Positions 13,459 through 15,825 of a stretch of DNA of 15,825 bases are shown here, in pieces. The notes under the pieces were generated by a model that had not been told where the DNA came from, made no database searches, and saw nothing but the letters and a program-made list of their open reading frames with translations. The stretch lies in IMG/VR virus record IMGVR_UViG_2778261180_000007. The stretch is one strand, 5' to 3'. Numbering within the stretch: the first letter of the stretch is position 1; each line of letters starts with the position of its first letter. This DNA is from a virus (taxonomy: Duplodnaviria; Heunggongvirae; Uroviricota; Caudoviricetes). The position numbers and the translations under genes are program-made.

Positions 13459-15825
13459 TCAGCGGTGAACCCCCGTTAACGATGCATACGGCGTCAGGTT
13501 CCAGTTACCATCGGTAAATCGCATCCCGGTTTCAATGTGACCGCCCAGCCCGTTGCTGCGATAACTGCCGTTGGCGGCTCCACCGCTGCCAACCGTGGAG
13601 TCGCGAGCTTCGGTACCTGCTAATACCAATAAATTACCGCCATTTTCCAGCAACATATTGGTCGCTAAATTGCCGGAAATGGAAAAAGTGCCGTACTGGT
13701 GAGTACCGCTGATTTCAATACCGTTAGCCGTGCTCGTCTGGAGAGCGGCACCGCTGTTCTGGACGATATCTGTCGCTTTGCCATTATCGTTAACTGTCAG
13801 CGTACCGCCTTCATTGATCTTTGTTTTTATTGCCTCTCCGTTAGCTGAAACTGTTTGTATTCCGCCGTCGTTAATCGTTGTCTCATTCGCCACCCCCTCG
13901 ACGATTTGTTCGCCGCCGGTGAGCGTCGTGCCTGTCGCAGTGGCTTTTGTTTTGACGATCTCCCGTCCGCCCGTATTGACCTGTGTTTTGTCAGAAGAGG
14001 TGTCTGACTCCATGGTTAACACGCCGCCATTTGCCAGCAGGATATTGTTCGCCGCACCCTGCTCGATGCTGAACGCGACGCCATCCGCGCGTGTTCCTGT
14101 GACCCGCGTCGCCCTGGTGGTTGCAACCAAAGCGTCCTGGCTACTCTGCTGTATCCCCGTTGCGCTGCCTTTCTCCCGCACATCGAGTGTGCCGCCGTCA
14201 TTAAGCACCGAGTTTTCAGCCAGACCGCCCTCATTAACTACCTGTGAACACCCATTAATAATGGAACCTTCCGCTGTCCCGTTTGCCATAATTTGTTGTA
14301 GGCCAGAGACGATATCGGTATTGATTGCCTTACCATAATTCTGAACGGTTTGCGTGCCACCATTGATGTGTGTTTTCTCTGTTGACCCACCATCAACAAT
14401 TTGTTCACCACTTTCGATATTTGCCTCAGTGGCTAATCCATATACCGTTTGCTTGCCACCTTTGATATTTGCTTTATCAGAAGTGGCACTGGCATATATT
14501 GTTTGGGTGCCAGCACTATTGAGTACAGTGCCAACATCTTTTCCATAAACATCCATTTTGCCGTTGGCATTAATAATCGTATCAACTGCCCGGGAACCAG
14601 TGACGACTGTTAATGAGCCAGCGTTTTCCAGCACTACATTTTTAGCTTCTGAATTCCTGATGTAGAAAGCATCACCATAACTGTTGGTTCCTTCGATAAG
14701 GGTTCCGGAAGTTGTGGAAGCAATTAATGCGCCGCCGGATTGTTGCTCAACATGCTTAGCCTCACCACCGTCCTGAACCTCCAGAACGCCACCATTATTA
14801 AGTCTGGTGGTATCTGTTTTAGCCTCCTTCTGGGCAATCAGCTTACCGCCAGCATCAACGGTAGTATTTTTCGCCGAGGTTTTAGCCACTACCGTCAGTT
14901 CGCCGGTATTTTCCAGCACAACATAATTAGCCTCCCCTCCGGTAATAGTGAAGTGAGAGAGCTTGTTGTATCCTTCAATATCAGTCCCTGCGCCCGTGTT
15001 GGCAACTAAAGCACTGCCCGTCTCCTGGTTAACCCCATGTGCAATACCACCGGTATAGACAATCAGCGAGCCTCCGGCGCTAATATTGCTGCCAGTTGCC
15101 GTACCATCTTTCTCAACAACCTGCCGGCTCCCGGAGGATATAATTGTCGTGTCAGCTTTCCCGCCGCTCTTGATATTTTGCGTTCCGCCGTTGATATTGG
15201 TACCCGTGGCAATACCATGATTATTAATATTCTGTGTACCACCATTGATTATGGTATTGGTCGCGTTTCCGGTAACATCCATTACCCCGCCGTTATCTAT
15301 TCGGGTCGCATCAGCTTTAGCATTCGTTAAAACTGACATTGTTCCTTTATCTTTAATAATCGTCTTGTTTGCCGAACCATATGCGTTTATGTCTAAATGA
15401 CCACCGTTTTCCAGCAACACATTGTCTGCCACGTGATTGTGGATGGAGAATGCACCTTCACTATTCGTACCGCTCACCGTCGTACCGTTAGTGTTTGTTT
15501 TTAAAATTGCACCATCGTGCTGGGTAACATTTGTTGCCGTACCACCACTAACATCAAGCACGCCACCGGAATAAACTTCAATAACATCCGAGGAGCTGGT
15601 GTAATCAACAATTTGCGTACCACCAGAATAGATCTGAGTATTTTTTGCCGTTGACTTATTATTCAGAGACTGAGTTCCACCTTCAATCGTCGTGTCCAGC
15701 GCATGGCTTTCATATACTCTTTGCTCACCGCCATTTTTAATGGTGGTTGTTCCTACTGTGCTCTGTTCAACAGTAACCGGCTCATTTAAACCGTCTGGTC
15801 TGTTTCCTCCGGCTCTACAAAAATA
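13459..15825 (-). CDS. AIDA-I/Ag43-type autotransporter adhesin, passenger region (5'-partial; continues beyond the window end)
   Basis: Reading frame is open from the window edge (15825) down to the stop at 13459-13461. Dozens of G/T/N-rich ~19-aa beta-helix repeats (e.g. INGGTQNI, TIINGGTQ, VLENAGSLTVV). The ORF track's GTG at 15561 is not the true start. Confidence 0.8.
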   Translation of the reverse strand, partial: YFCRAGGNRPDGLNEPVTVEQSTVGTTTIKNGGEQRVYESHALDTTIEGGTQSLNNKSTAKNTQIYSGGTQIVDYTSSSDVIEVYSGGVLDVSGGTATNVTQHDGAILKTNTNGTTVSGTNSEGAFSIHNHVADNVLLENGGHLDINAYGSANKTIIKDKGTMSVLTNAKADATRIDNGGVMDVTGNATNTIINGGTQNINNHGIATGTNINGGTQNIKSGGKADTTIISSGSRQVVEKDGTATGSNISAGGSLIVYTGGIAHGVNQETGSALVANTGAGTDIEGYNKLSHFTITGGEANYVVLENTGELTVVAKTSAKNTTVDAGGKLIAQKEAKTDTTRLNNGGVLEVQDGGEAKHVEQQSGGALIASTTSGTLIEGTNSYGDAFYIRNSEAKNVVLENAGSLTVVTGSRAVDTIINANGKMDVYGKDVGTVLNSAGTQTIYASATSDKANIKGGKQTVYGLATEANIESGEQIVDGGSTEKTHINGGTQTVQNYGKAINTDIVSGLQQIMANGTAEGSIINGCSQVVNEGGLAENSVLNDGGTLDVREKGSATGIQQSSQDALVATTRATRVTGTRADGVAFSIEQGAANNILLANGGVLTMESDTSSDKTQVNTGGREIVKTKATATGTTLTGGEQIVEGVANETTINDGGIQTVSANGEAIKTKINEGGTLTVNDNGKATDIVQNSGAALQTSTANGIEISGTHQYGTFSISGNLATNMLLENGGNLLVLAGTEARDSTVGSGGAANGSYRSNGLGGHIETGMRFTDGNWNLTPYASLTGVHR

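Noticed and set aside
13084-15330. Plus-strand and off-frame ORFs inside the autotransporter gene (13084-13371, 13730-14338, 14016-14234, 14354-14548, 14740-15009, 15037-15330, 15063-15245)
   Set aside because: Antisense or off-frame within a long, repeat-rich adhesin gene; such shadow ORFs are expected.

Overview
This window is the smpB-ssrA locus of an E. coli-like enterobacterial chromosome carrying an ~11.9 kb P4-like satellite prophage inserted at the 3' end of the tmRNA gene. smpB (1-483) and an intact tmRNA gene (698-1060) are followed by the element, bounded by attL (1038-1060) and a degenerate attR-like copy (12922-12943). Its backbone matches phage P4 gene by gene: tyrosine integrase, a cos site identical to the P2/P4 cohesive end (5430-5448), late operon psu-delta-sid, an iteron cluster, vis, the nested eta/kil genes with an RNA-immunity region, eps-like, orf151-like and orf106-like genes, alpha primase-helicase and a tandem-repeat iteron region. 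The most interesting part lies between int and cos, where P4 carries non-essential cargo: a strongly AT-rich, translationally coupled four-gene minus-strand operon (5172 down to 2445). It encodes a small N-terminally hydrophobic protein, 182-aa and 77-aa proteins I cannot assign to any family, and a 565-aa coiled-coil ABC-type ATPase. I read this as candidate anti-phage defence cargo that may be undescribed; novelty cannot be established without database searches. Right of the prophage, a large AIDA-I/Ag43-type autotransporter gene on the minus strand runs off the window and appears frameshifted near its 3' end. No CRISPR array, rRNA or tRNA gene was seen.
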